64,000 nt of DNA from Lama glama (GCA_028534125.1 CM052817.1:61940001-62004000); one strand, 5' to 3'; shown: positions 49,445 through 63,361, numbered from the stretch's first letter. Made by a program: numbers and translations. Notes: generated by a model from the letters alone, not told the origin.

Positions 49445-50371
49445 CTAAAGGGGAGGAGGAGACATTGGATTCACTGGTTAGAGAAATTTCCCACAGTACA
49501 CATATGTATTGCTATAATTTTTTCAGACATTTATTGCCTTTTTTATAGGTTAATTTCAAGTCTATTTCAAAAGCTATATAAAGCAACTGTGGCCTTTCAG
49601 TGGAAGATTAGCTCTGATTTCTTTTCCTTTCTCACTCTGCATCTATCCACTCACTAATCTGTCTTAAATTGGGCACCATAACAGACCACTCATTACAAGG
49701 CATAAAAAGAAACTGGAGCTAAAACCATCCCAACCCACAAGGAAAAAAAGTTTATTACTAATTTCAGGTGGAAAAGTTTGGGAGGCAGCTATGAATTCAC
49801 TGACAGTTCTTTAAAAAGGTAAACATAAACACTCTGTTAGAAATACCTGGCAGGTTCTGACTCTGTATATTTATTGAACCAGAATATTTTTCTAAGTATC
49901 ACTCCAAGTCACAAAATTACTTTCCAGAGCACTCTTCTCACTTTCCCCTAAATCAGTGAAGGGGTGGGTGGGAATGGCGGAACCAAGCAAACAAACATTG
50001 GGAGCAAACACGCTGAGTTTGAAAGGTGTACTTTCAGAAGACTCAGATCTGGGGAGCAGAGGTTAATGCTGGTAACGCCAGGCTTTTGCTACAGATTCAG
50101 TATCACCTCTGAGAACCCTGAGCTTCTCACGGTTTCTTGTCAGAGATTTACACTTGAGCTACTCATTACTGGAATAAAAAAAAATAGCTCTATGGTGTAC
50201 TGAGTAAGATAAAGGCCTGGTTCAGTGATCAGAAAGGTCAGACTACCCCCAAAAGGCAATTAAGCATTTGATTAACGCAGTGCGAGGTCAGATGGGGAGG
50301 GCTGTCTCTGGGTAAAGCAAGAAGAAAATTCCTGTAAAAGTTGTACGTTGCCTTAGTGGCATAGAACATGC

Positions 50372-50504
50372 TTTTTTTTTAGTTTTTTTAGGGGGAAGTA
50401 ATTAGGTTTATTTTATTAATTTTTTTAATGGAGGTACTGGAGATCGAATCTAATATGTCGTGCATGCTAAGCATGAGCTCTACCTCTTGAGCTATACCCT
50501 CCCC
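50372..50504 (-). mobile_element. tRNA-derived SINE, Vic-1-like (second copy)
   Basis: Minus strand: GGGGAGGGTATAGCTCAAGAGGTAGAGCTCATGCTTAGCATGCACGA...CCAGTACCTCC...AAATAAACCTAATTACTTCCCCC; same family as the copy at 23.3 kb. Confidence 0.85.
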
Positions 50505-51620
50505 TCAAACAGGTTTTAATCCAATGGCAAATGATAATAGAAGCTGACAATTAAAACAAAACAAACTAACAAAATTAAATCTTTCCTGAATCCCATAGAT
50601 ATGTTTAAGTCTCTGGGTTTAGTTTCCTGTAATGGACAAAAATTGTCAGCAAAGTTAACCAAAGCTGTTCTGCTCACTGTAAAAGGTGATTAAACTGATA
50701 TTTCAAATGGTCAAGAACAGCTTTTTTATGCTCAACTTTATACGTGTACATTTTGTAGGGAAAGAATTTTCAGATTTGTAGGTCCCATGATGCCTTCCCA
50801 AGAGTTGAGGAGCCACTACTTTCTCTTAAGACTCACAGCCACATGATTTTTCTGGTGCAATGATGCATCCCTTGGCTTGCCAGCAGCCCACGTGATCACC
50901 CATGCTCTCAAGTCGTGTACCTTCAATACAGCGACAGTACAAAAGAATTCCCTATGGGAAATCCCTTCATCTCTCTTAGTATTTTGTGTTTAAATGTACT
51001 ATATGTGAAAGAATCTTCTTTCTTTTTAAACGATTGTCTTTCTCAAAGTTTCCAGAATATCTGTTTTCACATCAATCAAGTCAACATTGACAGATCTTTT
51101 TGGAAAACTAGTGCCATACCAAACCCTCTGGTTATGTAAGCACTGCTTTCAAAGTGCTGACTTCACTTTGCCACTGGGTTTTATTTGAGGCCCTACAGCT
51201 GCATTCTGAATTCTGATCAGAATACTGTATCTAAATCCTTAATGTTTTACTTTACCAGGCTGTAATTACTTACACAACATTCATGATTTCTAATTCAATA
51301 GATGTGCATTTTCTCATTCCTTTACTTTTTAGCATTTGAACTCTGCCCTTTATTTAGATCAGCATATTTCATGAAGTGTTTTGTCAGCTACTGGGACTCA
51401 AGCTTTGAACGGTAAACTGATAGATTTTAAAGCTGGCTGAGACTTGAAATAACCCTTTCTTCTCTTCAGCAGTGAAAATCTAATTTGTTTTTCATGTTAG
51501 AATATATTAGGTGCCTATTTCCTGCGTGCACATCTGTGATGCAAAGAAAGGTAAACTTGAACTGGGGGCAATAACGTTAAATGATTATTCAGCAACATAA
51601 AAACCAAACATCAAACTTAC

Positions 51621-51677
51621 AAGAAAATCCATATTCATTCTGGGTTCTCTGTTCAGTTGAAATAGGATAAATGAAAC
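51621..51677 (-). CDS. UNC5C: UNC5C 57-nt alternative cassette exon between TSP1-2 and the TM helix: (S)FIYPISTEQRTQNEYGFS(S)
   Basis: Long polypyrimidine tract ending ttttcaag|GT, consensus donor T|gtaagt, symmetric phase 1-1, 19 codons without a stop; matches the human UNC5C isoform insert as I recall it. Confidence 0.88.
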
Positions 51678-53717
51678 CTTGAAAAGAAACAAAAAGTGAA
51701 ACAAAAATGGGAACAAAATCAAATTAATCAGGGAAACAAAACGAGAAGCATGAAAAATGGTTTAATTAAAATAAAAGGAGAAGAAACCTGGGTCCTTTAA
51801 AATTCTGGTTCAGTACAGAATTATGATTCTGCATCTCCTGTCTGCTCTGGAGTCTCACTAAGAATTAATAAGTAGGCAGATTGAATTTCAGAGCAAAAAC
51901 TGGTCTCGAGTCACTAACTTCGGAGTGCTTAAAGTCTTTCTTTTATTGAGCATAAACTCTAATGGATCTAATTTATTTCAGACATCAAGGGTCATTAGCA
52001 TAAGGAAAATCTTTTTTCCTTATCCCTGCCATATGCTTTAATTCCCAGGACACATTCAGTAAGGCTCTAAACAGTTTTTTTTCTCTTTTATTTAATCATA
52101 ACAGCTTGCTCTCGGTCTAACAGAACCAAAGAAGACCTGTCGTCATTGGTCAAAGGTTAAATACCCATTTACTGAGCTGAGCAAGACCACCTCTCCTCCC
52201 TCTGTCTCACATCTATTTTTTGGATTTTCGTTTGTTTCTTGCCTCTCCATTTAACAGGAATCCAATAGGTTTTGCCCAGGGACCAAGCAGTTTGTCAATG
52301 CAATTGAAACTGGATGCTTTTTATTTGAAATCATTTAAAAATCAATAGCACGTAGAGGTTATAAGGTTATTTATTTTAGGGCCTCAGAGGAATAGTGTAA
52401 ATCGGGTAAAATAAAAAGCTCATCCCAATAGTAAATGCAGAAATAACACCAGCAGTTTTATTTTCCTTTCTTTTTAGTGTATTCTAAAAGGTAGGAAACA
52501 TAATGATGAGAATGACTGATGATGAAAATAACAAAAAAAAAAAATAATAGCAATAAATGTGAAGTAAAAAACCAGCAGAAAACATTTAAAAAATGTGGAA
52601 CGTAAATTTTTTGAAATGAAAATCTAGGGAAGAATTTCAAGTATGACATAACTAGCACCCACCGTTTCCTAATATTTAATATTCTACAACACATGGATTA
52701 ATCAAATGATAACAGCACCATTTGGATTAATCAAATGAAGATGAGTAAGAACCATGTGAGTTAAACTTTCCTAGTAATACTCAAGAGCAAAAAATGTAGA
52801 GAAACTGCAACTGTTAAAATTAAAGGCCTGTAATGATACTAAAGGTAACTCTAAATCATGCCTCAGGTAGATCTTTCGTACTTTGTAGAACACACAGTTC
52901 TTAAAAGCTATTTACCTATTTTGAGGGAACTAATTCTAGAGAAACATGCAGTGCTACCTTAATGAAAGAGAGGTTTGCTATAGCACAGACAGGTTTGCTC
53001 TGAATTAATTTTTAATGCTTTATTTTAGAGCAATGATTGCAACCTCCTACTCAGTTTTATAAATATTATATTTCTTATTCCAGTTGTCTGAGTCCATGTA
53101 TTAGGTTTGATTTTCATTTTTAAACACTTCTGTCTGGTAATAACCTTTTTCCATTTGTATTCTGTGAACTCAATAAAAGGACATCTGGGACATATACAAG
53201 CACAAGAAAAAAAGGTTATTTATTTTTGAAACCCAAAGACTTAAGACAATATAATTTCACTGCTAGCACAGGAGACCAGATAATTGATGTCACTGTTGTA
53301 GGGATGATGTTAAATAGAGGGATGTCAAAAGATTTATTTTTTTGAAGGTGGGAGGGCCTAGAAATGAGGATTTAGGGATGGTCTGAAAATTTTGGTAAGA
53401 ATCAGAGTGGGCCTGTAAGAGGAAGAAGAAGAGCTGGAACTGACAAAGGGAGAAGCCTGTCTCCAGAGACACAGCTCGGGCCGAAACTTGACCCTGTAAA
53501 GCAGTTCTGGGTCTCCCCTGGCTTTCATCTCCACTTCCCAGCAGAGTTCCTATTCTTGACAGACAGACCAAGGAATAATAAAGAGGAAGCTGATAATGTT
53601 TTCATGTTTAATCTCTACTTTCCCATGTTTATGTACATCTGGACCACTCAATAAATATTTTTGTGCCTTATGGTATTCATCTGAGACTTATTATTCTCAG
53701 GCACAGAACTGGAATCC

Positions 53718-54290
53718 ATTCATTCATCCATTCATTCATTCACCTAAGAAGTACTCCTGAACCCTATTACCCCTGGGTTCTATTCTAGGCGTAGGGGTAC
53801 AATGACAAAAGAGATGGGAAAAGTCACTGCTTTCATTCCTGTTTAACAGAAAATAAACAAAATAATGAAGGTCATTTCAAATGCGTCCTTTTGGAAAGTA
53901 AAACAAAAGAGCATAATGTGATAGAGATAAAAGAATGACCAACTCAGGGAATCAGGGAAGAATCTTCTGTTGAAATGAAATTTAAACTGAAGCTTGTATA
54001 ATGAGAAAGAAGCAAGCAAGTAAAGATCTAGAGGAAACAATGCTCCCTGAAGAGGGACAGTGGATGCAAAAGTCCTGACATGAAACCAGAGCCGTTAGAG
54101 GGTAGGGAGTGAGAGGAGAGAGGGAGGAGGTGGGCTCAGGGCGATGAGCAGCAGGCAGGTCATGCAGGCATGACGGTCCACGAGGAGGCATTCAATGTTA
54201 TTCTAAATAAAATGCTAATCCTGTGAGTGAATGTAATTTTGAAAAGATCACTTTGGTTTCTCTACAGATAATGGAGAAGCAAGGGAATGA
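53718..54290 (-). mobile_element. L2 LINE 3' end
   Basis: cattcattcatccattcattcattca tail followed by the reverse L2 3' region (ttttgaaaagatcactttgg). Confidence 0.7.
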
Positions 54291-54974
54291 AGTGACAGGA
54301 TTTTATGGATAGTATCTATGAAACATAGCCTGGGGGTTATCTATCAATAGGTGTATCAATATACTTAACAGAGTGTTGCATTTGAGGTTATTCTAAAATT
54401 TAAAAAAAAAACACCTCACTATTAGTTATTCCTTGTAGCCAACAGTGAGTAATCTAGCCAAATTGTTATTTTCCAACATGGGAAAATTTAAAACAGACAA
54501 GTAAGTATTAAGTACACTCACCAATGGTTCAACACCCCAATTTACTCTGTTATGGAAACACTGATAAAGAGTTTTGGAAGGCAGCTCCGTAAAACTTTTT
54601 CCATCCTTTTCAAAACACTTCTGCAATACGCAACTAAAACACCACTTAGGAAGCTGGGAATCAGAAAAGGGGATTACTGCTCCATCCCCTACACGCGGGG
54701 AACACAGAACCACTTTCTAGAGTTTGTTTTCATACTTCTCCATCTGATCTGTCTCTCACGGAACCACAGGGGACATTTTCTTCAGCTAATGAGGTGATCT
54801 GCTGAGAGTGGTCCTAGCGATCATGAAAAATCACATCTCTGGCAGAACACAGTGCAAAATAATTGTTTTTAGTGTCACTATCAGCAGCCTAGTTCCTGAG
54901 TTAGAGATTCCAGTTAACTCTCTTACAACTTTAAAGTCAGGTCGATTGAAAAAGCACCTTCGCTGTTGGCCAAG

Positions 54975-55200
54975 GCAGTGAAACTGAGATTTTCAGTCTC
55001 ATAGACTTTAGTCTGAATCCTAGCCCTGTCACTACGAGAGCCTGGTCAAACTATTTCATTTCTCTAAGCATCAGTTTTCTAATCTGTGTCAGGGATTATA
55101 AATACTCACTTTCATATAGCTGTGGAAAGGATAAATGAGATTTGTAAAGTGCTGGTACACTGCAAACAATCAGTAAACGACAACTGTGTCAACACCACTA
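54975..55200 (+). mobile_element. MIR SINE
   Basis: tctgaatcctagccctgtcactac...ttctctaagcatcagttttctaatctgt...aggataaatgagatttgtaaagtgct. Confidence 0.7.
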
Positions 55201-56869
55201 TGATGCACATTGTAGGCACACTGGGCTCTCGAGAGATTTTATGTGTAGAGTTGACACAGCCTACTATTTAATAAAATGAATAGGAAATCTGGATTTCAGG
55301 TTACCTAGTTATGACACAGACAAGGAGCCCAGTTTTTCTGAAAAGCCACAACCAATGCACTCTTAAGTACTGTATACTCTTTCACCTTCTCCTTTTAAAG
55401 AGGTTATTCCTGGCCTTTGTGGCTTCTGGCAAAGATACAGTGGCAGGTTTCAGAAGCAAATTTCCAGGGCCAGAGAGCAACTAGATGCTAAAATGGTTTC
55501 TCAACCAGAGTTGGTGCCATTTCTAATGTTTGTCATAATGATTAGGGGGTTGTTTATGGAATTTAATGAGGACCATGGATGCTGAATGTCCTGCAATGGG
55601 AGGAACAGTCCTGCCATGGAAGAACTCTCTGGAACAAAACGTACCTCCACTGATAACTTTCAAAGACACAATCTGTGGGCTGACAGGTGTAGAGCTTGGG
55701 GAAGGGAGCAGGACATGCCCCCACTGGCTACAGCAGCCTCAGCAACTTCAACTAGGGGAAACCAACACAGAGCAGTGCTTTTTTTTTTTTTAATCTAAAT
55801 ATCTAAAAATATTATAAAATATTTTAAAAGAATTGTTTTCCTATTCAAATAGGAGACTTTCCTGATTCCTATTTGAGAATAGAGATTGGAAGAAGTCTGA
55901 CTGTGGCAAGAAAGTTTAGGAGAAGGCATGAACAGTTTGAAAGCCAGAGCAAGAGTAGGCTGTTTCTAAATAGTGAAATGCTTCTTATGCTAGGAAGCCA
56001 TGTCATAATTGCTCAAAACATCCTTTCAAGAGATTATCTAGTTCAACCTTTTTCAGATGAGGAAAATCCGTCCCATAGATGGGAAATGATAGTTTACAGT
56101 CAAGAAAAGTGTTGAGATTCAAATTTGGTTTCCATCGTCCCGTCGGTAAGGCTGACAACGTGCAGGGTTTGCACTGATCAGCTCTGGTGGCCCGTGTACA
56201 TCTGTGTTGGCTACAGATCTGGACTGTTAATATAATAATGCTCTGACTGATGGTGGTTAAATGACCTGAGGAAGGAATGACTTTTTCTAATTTTCACAAG
56301 GTCATCCTTTAGACTAGAGATGGCGTTTGCCCATATTTTTCAGCTGATGTCCAACTGTTATAAAAGATGAGAGCCCATGCCCGAGTATTTTAAAAAGGAA
56401 AGCGAGCTTTCCTTGGTTTTATACAGCACTAAGTAAGACCAAGTTATCCTTCAGTATATGGCTCGTAATTGTGCAATAACATGCCTGAACATAGCCTATT
56501 TAGTGGGTTTATATTTGGGAAATCTCAGGAACAAGCCAGGAACTCTATGTAAAACTTCATTTCCCCAATAAACACCAACTGCTTTGATTTTTTCCAGTCT
56601 TTTAAATTTTCATGTGCTACAAATAACAGATGACAGTCAAAATGATGATCTTATGATTAAGTTTTTAAAACGATAATTCAAACTGTTTTAGTGCCATAAG
56701 TAGTATGTTAATAGAAAAAGTTATCAAGCAAATTTGCCAAAGTGAGAAACATTAGAACTTCTGAGCATCACTGGCCAGGTTTAAATTCCTCAAAACCAAG
56801 ATTATGTCCTTACTAACTCGCAGTCCCCCAGGATGTTAGAGTTAAAATAGACCTTTGATTAGAATGCCC

Positions 56870-56995
56870 TGTTCTAATCCCTTTGTAGATGCAGACTGAG
56901 GAGACGGGGCACAGAGGGATGAAAGGACTTGCCTAACATCACAAAGCTGGTGAAACTGCAACGTGAGGGGCAGATCCCAGTTCTTGAGCTACAGT
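56870..56995 (-). mobile_element. MIR SINE fragment
   Basis: gcacagagggatgaaaggacttgcctaacatcacaaagctggt. Confidence 0.55.
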
Positions 56996-59900
56996 TTATC
57001 CTGCTTATAAGTACTGTCCAACATTAATGAAAATATTTAAGTGAGGAGAGGCAAGGAAATAACAGAAAAGGCTTGCTATGTTCATGGCTTAATTTGCAAT
57101 TCAGTTATTGAATGAGGTAACGCTAATTATTTAGACTAGAAAATACCTCTCCATGTGAAATATTATCATTGATATTCATGAGAAAACTAAAACAACAGAG
57201 AAACTTTTGCCCTTAAATAAAATAACTTCCAAACAGTGTCTTTTGTTTCAAGTGTGGGGTAAGCAAAGACGGGAGCCAAGCTTGGGCATTTCTACTCTAA
57301 TGTAACTTGAGAGCCTGCTGGGATGACGCAGTTGTCGATGTACGATAACCGCGCTGTATGTGGCATACAACCTGGCTGTCAATAGAAATATTTAAAAGAG
57401 AAGCTTTGTTTCTCTCAAAATGATGCCAACAGGAAAAAGGAATAAACATCAATAACTGGAGGGACACTACGTAAGAAGAAAGTCACGTTTTAAAGCAATA
57501 AAAGCTGGCAACTACTTGCTTTCAGCATCCAAGAGCCCATGTGAAAAAGGCTTTTTTCAAAATGAGACAGATTTGGGTTCATATATTGGCTCTTGCACTA
57601 ACTTGTGGGCGTTGGGTGAGCTGTTTCAGTTTTAGGCCTTGGATTCTTCCTTCCCAAGATAGAGCTATTATTAGGGGAATATCAAAAGTTCTGTTTTAAG
57701 GGTTTTTTTTTTTGTACTTTTTGAGTTTTATTAAATTGAACTCAGGTCAATTTTGCTTCAGTTTGGCCCTGCCAAACACAGATTCTAGTCAAAAGCAACT
57801 AATGCCAGGGCCTTAAGTCATTGTATTTGGTGGAAAGTGAATAAAATTAAAATTCTATCTGAAATTCTTTCAAACTAAAATATATGATACAGTAATTTTT
57901 ACGTCCTCCAAAGTTTGAGAACCACTGAGCTAAATTTAAGGAACACATAAAAGAAAAGTCTTTCTGTAGAGGTCTGGGAATTAAGTCTGTCTTTAGATTA
58001 GTTATCGAATTTGTTGTCAAAAGGGAGATAGGTGGAGTTTTATAAGGTGTTCCTGCTTGCTTTCAAGCTTATGCATTGTATTTCAATCTGGAGCTACACC
58101 TACGACCTAACACATGTAAACAGGTTTTATATTGTTAGGATTAAATAGAGGATTAATGAATATCTCATATGGGGAATAGTACATAAGTTATGAATATGAC
58201 ATAACTCAATTATAGTTTATAAAGCATTAAGTGGATTCTAGAAAGGTACCTGTTTTTGAATTCAAGCTTTTGGTTAGTGTTAGCATATTTATCTATCTGA
58301 AGTACAAGATACCACCTTCATAAGATCTGTCCTCATTTTTATGATCCCAGCATTAGAGAAATCTGTTCTTGATGGATTTTCCCCTCTCCTTGACCTGGCT
58401 GCTTGGTCTTTTTTTTTTTTTCCTTTCCACCCCCCTCACCCCTCCATGACCTTACACTAAGCCAACATATGTATTTTTCTCATCCCAATTACATTTCTTC
58501 TGATGCAAATGTTCTTATTAAAAACCTCAAGAGCCATTCAAAATAAACAAATCCAGATTTTGGTTTTTTCCTTTTAGGTTGGTTCTTATCTAGCCAGCCC
58601 ATCAGGACTGCACTAATGATGTCAAAGGTCAGGCCTGTCAAAGACACTCATGGTCATTTATTATAATTTACCACTCTTCTGAGGGTTTATTTATTGACAA
58701 GGGCTTAAAGAACTCCAAATAAATGAATACATAAATCCTAGGACATGACAACAAAAATTGAAAAGACCATTTGCTTATCACTGATATCAGTTATCTAAAC
58801 TGCTGTGGTAACTTGTGCTCCAGCCTTCACAGGACAGTCGGCCCTGCTTCATTAACTGATTCACTGCCCTATTCTCAACACTGACAACCACACCCTTCTG
58901 AAAATGAAGAGCAGAGAATGAACATCTCAGATATAAAAGTCTTATCTCGTGACCCACAGTAGGTGATGAATAAACATCTGAAATTTAACTCAACAGCTGA
59001 ATAAAATCAAACCCCCAGATAAGCTGCCCAAGTGTTTTCAAAGCAGTAGATTCTCTCCTCATCAATGCTCTTGCAGGAGGATAAATTATTAAATCCAAAG
59101 GCACTGACAAATAAATCCACAGCAGAAAAGACATCTGATAGAAAAAGTAAAGTGACAAGAGTCCTGAAGCAGAGGCTGATTCCTAGTGTACATCACCCTA
59201 TCTGCTGGTTTCTTCAGGCAAAAAGAAAAGCGAAAGCCCTAGCCCTGCCTCTATGTGATCTTGAAGGAGTCCATGCTTTGCTGTGGCTGTGAAAGGTGGT
59301 ACACTTCGATTCCCTCGGAGTTTCCTTTGCAACCTGGAAGCTGAAGACCTTGCCATTTGCCCTTTCAAATGAATCTGTTTGGGGCTGCAGAGGTCTTCAG
59401 TAGGTTCCTGGGGGCTAAATTTCCTAACCACATCCCTGCTTTGAAAAGCAGGAAAATGTTCTACCAGAAAGGGAAAAACCAAAAGCAAACCACACTCATT
59501 ATACTGGAGACAGCAGAGCACTGTGTTGGGCAGTAAGTCCACGGACAGAATATTTATTTGCCAGCTGGGACACGACAAATATCCAGGACTGTACAGACAG
59601 AGCTATGACATCAACGTCTTTCAAACTATAGATAAAAGCACTCACTGTCTGACACTCATAATTATGGTTTCCTATCAAAGTGCTGTGTTGACAAGAATTT
59701 CACTGGAAACTGACTAGCACCTTCTCAGATGCCTATCAGTGGTTATAAACACATCATGCTAAAGTGAAGAACAGACTATTTGTAAAGTAAATTATTTCCT
59801 CATATTAAATGCACCTGGGATCCCGGGGGCCCTGGTATGCAGTGTGTCCACACTACAATTTACAGACTTCTGCCACTTCCTCTGTACGTGAGAATTAATG

Positions 59901-60442
59901 GAAGAGCTGGGTGACATGCAAATATTTTAATGAGTAGAAAGTGCTAAATTTGCAGACTGCATAACATTTTAATTTCCCAAAGTCAGGAAGTTCACTGATG
60001 CAGACACAATTCCAGGCCGTTCTTATTTGTAAATTGCAATTTCTAATTTGTCTACTGTGGCATAAACCCTCCTCAGCAAGGACTAATTCTAAATTCAGAT
60101 TTGAACTCTTACATATCCCTATGTGGGACTCCAAACTTCAAATGGGATAAAAAACCAAAGTCCACAGGAACAGATGCAGTAATGGAATAATCTAATTGAG
60201 TGTGTTCATAAATAAATACAAAATACCATTTCTGGACCAAACCACATATACATAGTCCTTGGACTGCTATTTTCAGAAGGAAAAGGTAAGCATGGGTCAA
60301 ATCATTGTACACCAACCATGACAAAGTAAGTCTTACTACAAATTCATTATAAAGATTATAAAAGTTAAGTTATTAGGTCTTGGTAATACAGTTTTATTTC
60401 AACATAAACCATTTCACGCAAATCCTATTTCAAAATCACATG

Positions 60443-60884
60443 ATGCGGTTTTTGTCCTTTCTTTTGTGGATGTGGTGTACCACACTGATTGATTTGCATA
60501 TGTTGAACCACACTTGTGTTCCTGGGATGAATCCAACTTGATCATGATGTATGATTTTCTTTTATGTGCTGTTGGATTCTGTTTGCTAATATTTTGTTGA
60601 GGATTTTTGCATCTATGTTTATCGGTGATATTGGCCTGTAATTTTCATTTTTGGTAGTGTCTTTGTCTGGTTTTGGTATCAGGATGATGGTGGCTGCATG
60701 GAACGAGTTTGGGAGTACTCTCTCCTTTCCTATCTTTTGGAAGAGTTTGAGAAGGGCCAGTAGGAATTCTTCTTTGTATGATGTTTGATAGAATTCCCTA
60801 GTGAAGCCATCTTGATCCTGGACTTTTGTTTGCAGGGAGGTTTTCTATTGCTAATTCTATTTCATTTCTAGTGAGTAGTCTGTT
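60443..60884 (-). mobile_element. L1 ORF2 fragment (RT N-terminal region), the inverted 5' segment of the adjacent L1
   Basis: The minus strand encodes [23 protein letters not shown]...[40 protein letters not shown], with frameshifts. Confidence 0.9.
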
Positions 60885-62419
60885 ATCCTCCCAAACTTCA
60901 GCCAATATTACAGAGCTACAGTAATCAAAACAGCATGGTATTGGCATAAAAACAGACACATGGATCAACGGAACAGAACAGATAGCCCACAAATAAATCC
61001 ACAGACCTATGGTCAAATCTTTGATAAAGGAGGCAAGAATATACAATGGAGAAAACACAGTCTCTTCAGCAAGTAGTGTTGGGAAAACTGGGTAGTAGCA
61101 TGTAAATCAATCAAGTTAGAACACTCCCTCACTCCATAAACAAAAATAAACTCAAAATGGTTTAAAGACTTAAATATAAGACAAGACATGATAAATTTCC
61201 TAGAAGAAAACACAGGCAAAACATTCTGCCATAAATCTTAGCAATGTTCTCCTAGAGCAGTCTACCCAGGCAATGGAAATAAGAGCAAAAATAAACAAAT
61301 GGGACCTAATTAAACTCATAAGCTTTTGCACAGCAAAGGAAATCATAAGCAAAACAAAACAACCTACCGAATGGGAGAAAATATTTGCAAATGATGCAAC
61401 TAACAAAGGCTTAATTTTGAGAATATATAAACAGCTCATACAACTTAATAACAAAAAACTCCAAACAACCCAATCGAAAAATGGGCAGAAGACCTAAACA
61501 AGCATTTCTCCAATGAAGAAATACAAATTCCCAATAGACATATGAAAAAAAAATGCTCAATATCACTAATTATCAGAGAAATGCAAATCAAAACTACAAG
61601 GAGGAATCACCTCACACAAGTCAGAACGGCCATTATTCAAAAGTCCACGAATGATAAATGCTAGATAGTGTGTGGAGAAAAAGGGAACCTTTCTATACTG
61701 CTGGTGGGAACGTAGTTTGGTGTAGTCATTATGGAAAACAGTATGGAGATTCATCAAAAAACTAAAAGTAGAGTATGATCCAGTAATCCCACTTCTGGGT
61801 ATACATCTGGAAGGAACTCTAATTCAAAAAGATACATGCACCCCTATGTTCATAGCAGCACTAGTTACAATAGCCAAGACATGGAACCACCTAAATGTCC
61901 ATCAACAGGTAACAGGATAAAGAAGCTGCAGTATGTTTATACAATGAAATACTACTCTGCCATAAAAAAGAATAAAATAATGCCATTTGCCGCAACATGG
62001 ATGGACCTAGAGATCATCATTCTAAGTGAAGTAAGCCAGAAAGAAAGAAAAATAACATATGATATCACTCATCTGTTGAATCTTAAAAAAAAAAAAAGCA
62101 CACTATGAACTCATCTATAAAACAGAAGCAGACTCGCAGACTTAGTACACAATCTTATAGTTACCAGGGAAGGGGGATGGGAGGAGATAAATTTGGGAGT
62201 TTGAGATTTACAAATGTTAGCCACTATATATAAAAATAGATTTTTAAAAAGTTTTTTGTGTATAGCACAGGGAACTGTGTTCAATATCTTGTAATAACCT
62301 TTAATGGAAAAAATATGAAAATGAATGTACGTATGTATATATATGGTTGGGACATTGTACTGTATACCAGAGACTGACACACTGTAACTGACTGTACTTC
62401 AATTAAAAAATAAATAAAA
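60885..62419 (+). mobile_element. L1 3' segment (ORF2 C-terminus, 3' UTR, A-rich tail), non-functional
   Basis: [42 protein letters not shown] and MPFAATWMDLEIIILSEVSQ motifs with stops/frameshifts; tail at 62401-62419. Confidence 0.93.
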
Positions 62420-63082
62420 CCATATGGCAAAACCAGGAGCTACTTTCATATAAACTCAGGGATGTTAAAAAGAAATGTAAGTAGGTGCACATCACAATAG
62501 AACATCCATCACTGCCTTCTGAATAAGTATGCTATTTTATAGTATTATTAAATAAAAACAGTAATCTGTTATTAACGTTAAGTTTCTTGTATCAGCGATA
62601 TCAGACATGTATGCTTAGTTATTTTCAATAGTGAAAAGTGCTCAAAGTCATCTATCCTTTCTTGTTCAATGCAATCCATACCTTTTACATACCTAAGGAC
62701 TCCAGTATTTAATTTTGTTTCTCAATTAACACTGTGCTTTTAAACCAATAATGTCCAACTTCTTTCTGGGTTATCAAATGACTCTGATGGTTTTTAATTA
62801 CCCTTTAATAGTGTATTCTAGTGAAGTAACATCAATTTTTCTGGAAGTCCTTAATTTGAAAGTAGTGTCTCCAGTGTAAGAACTACTTTTTTCAGGTCAA
62901 TGAGGATATATCCAGTGTAATGTATACATGATATATGTTATCAACTTCAATATCAACTGTGTGTGGATGGCTTAAAAATCTACTGGAGTTTCTGAAATTG
63001 CTTAAAGACCCCAACCTTATTTCACAAATGAAGTTACATACTATCATATAATGAAGTCAATTTATTAAACAGTTTAAATATG

Positions 63083-63184
63083 AAATATGAAAACAAATAT
63101 ATTTATGTATACGCATGACTGGGACATTGTGCTGTACACCAGAAACTGACACATTATAACTGATGGTACTTCAAAAAAAAAAAA
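63083..63184 (+). mobile_element. Heavily 5'-truncated L1 (last ~100 bp of the 3' UTR plus poly-A)
   Basis: Closely resembles 62311-62410 (gggacattgt..ctgtacaccagaaactgacaca) followed by A12. Confidence 0.85.
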
Positions 63185-63326
63185 GTATAGTTGCAAGGAC
63201 AGAGTAATATGTAGAAGATAAGCAACTGAGAAATAATGCAAAAGTGTAATTCAGTTCCAAATCTCTGTGTTTTCAAAATCCTTTTATATATGCACTTGGT
63301 TTACTGGCTATAAGTAACTCTTGCAC

Positions 63327-63361
63327 CTAGGGTTTTATACAACTAGGGTTTTATACAACTA
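63327..63361. repeat. Tandem duplication of the 16-mer ctagggttttatacaa (2.2 copies)
   Basis: Read directly from the sequence. Confidence 0.9.

Noticed and set aside
60798..62380. L1-derived ORFs as a functional retrotransposon or gene
   Set aside because: Truncated, inverted, frameshifted and lacking the RT catalytic core.
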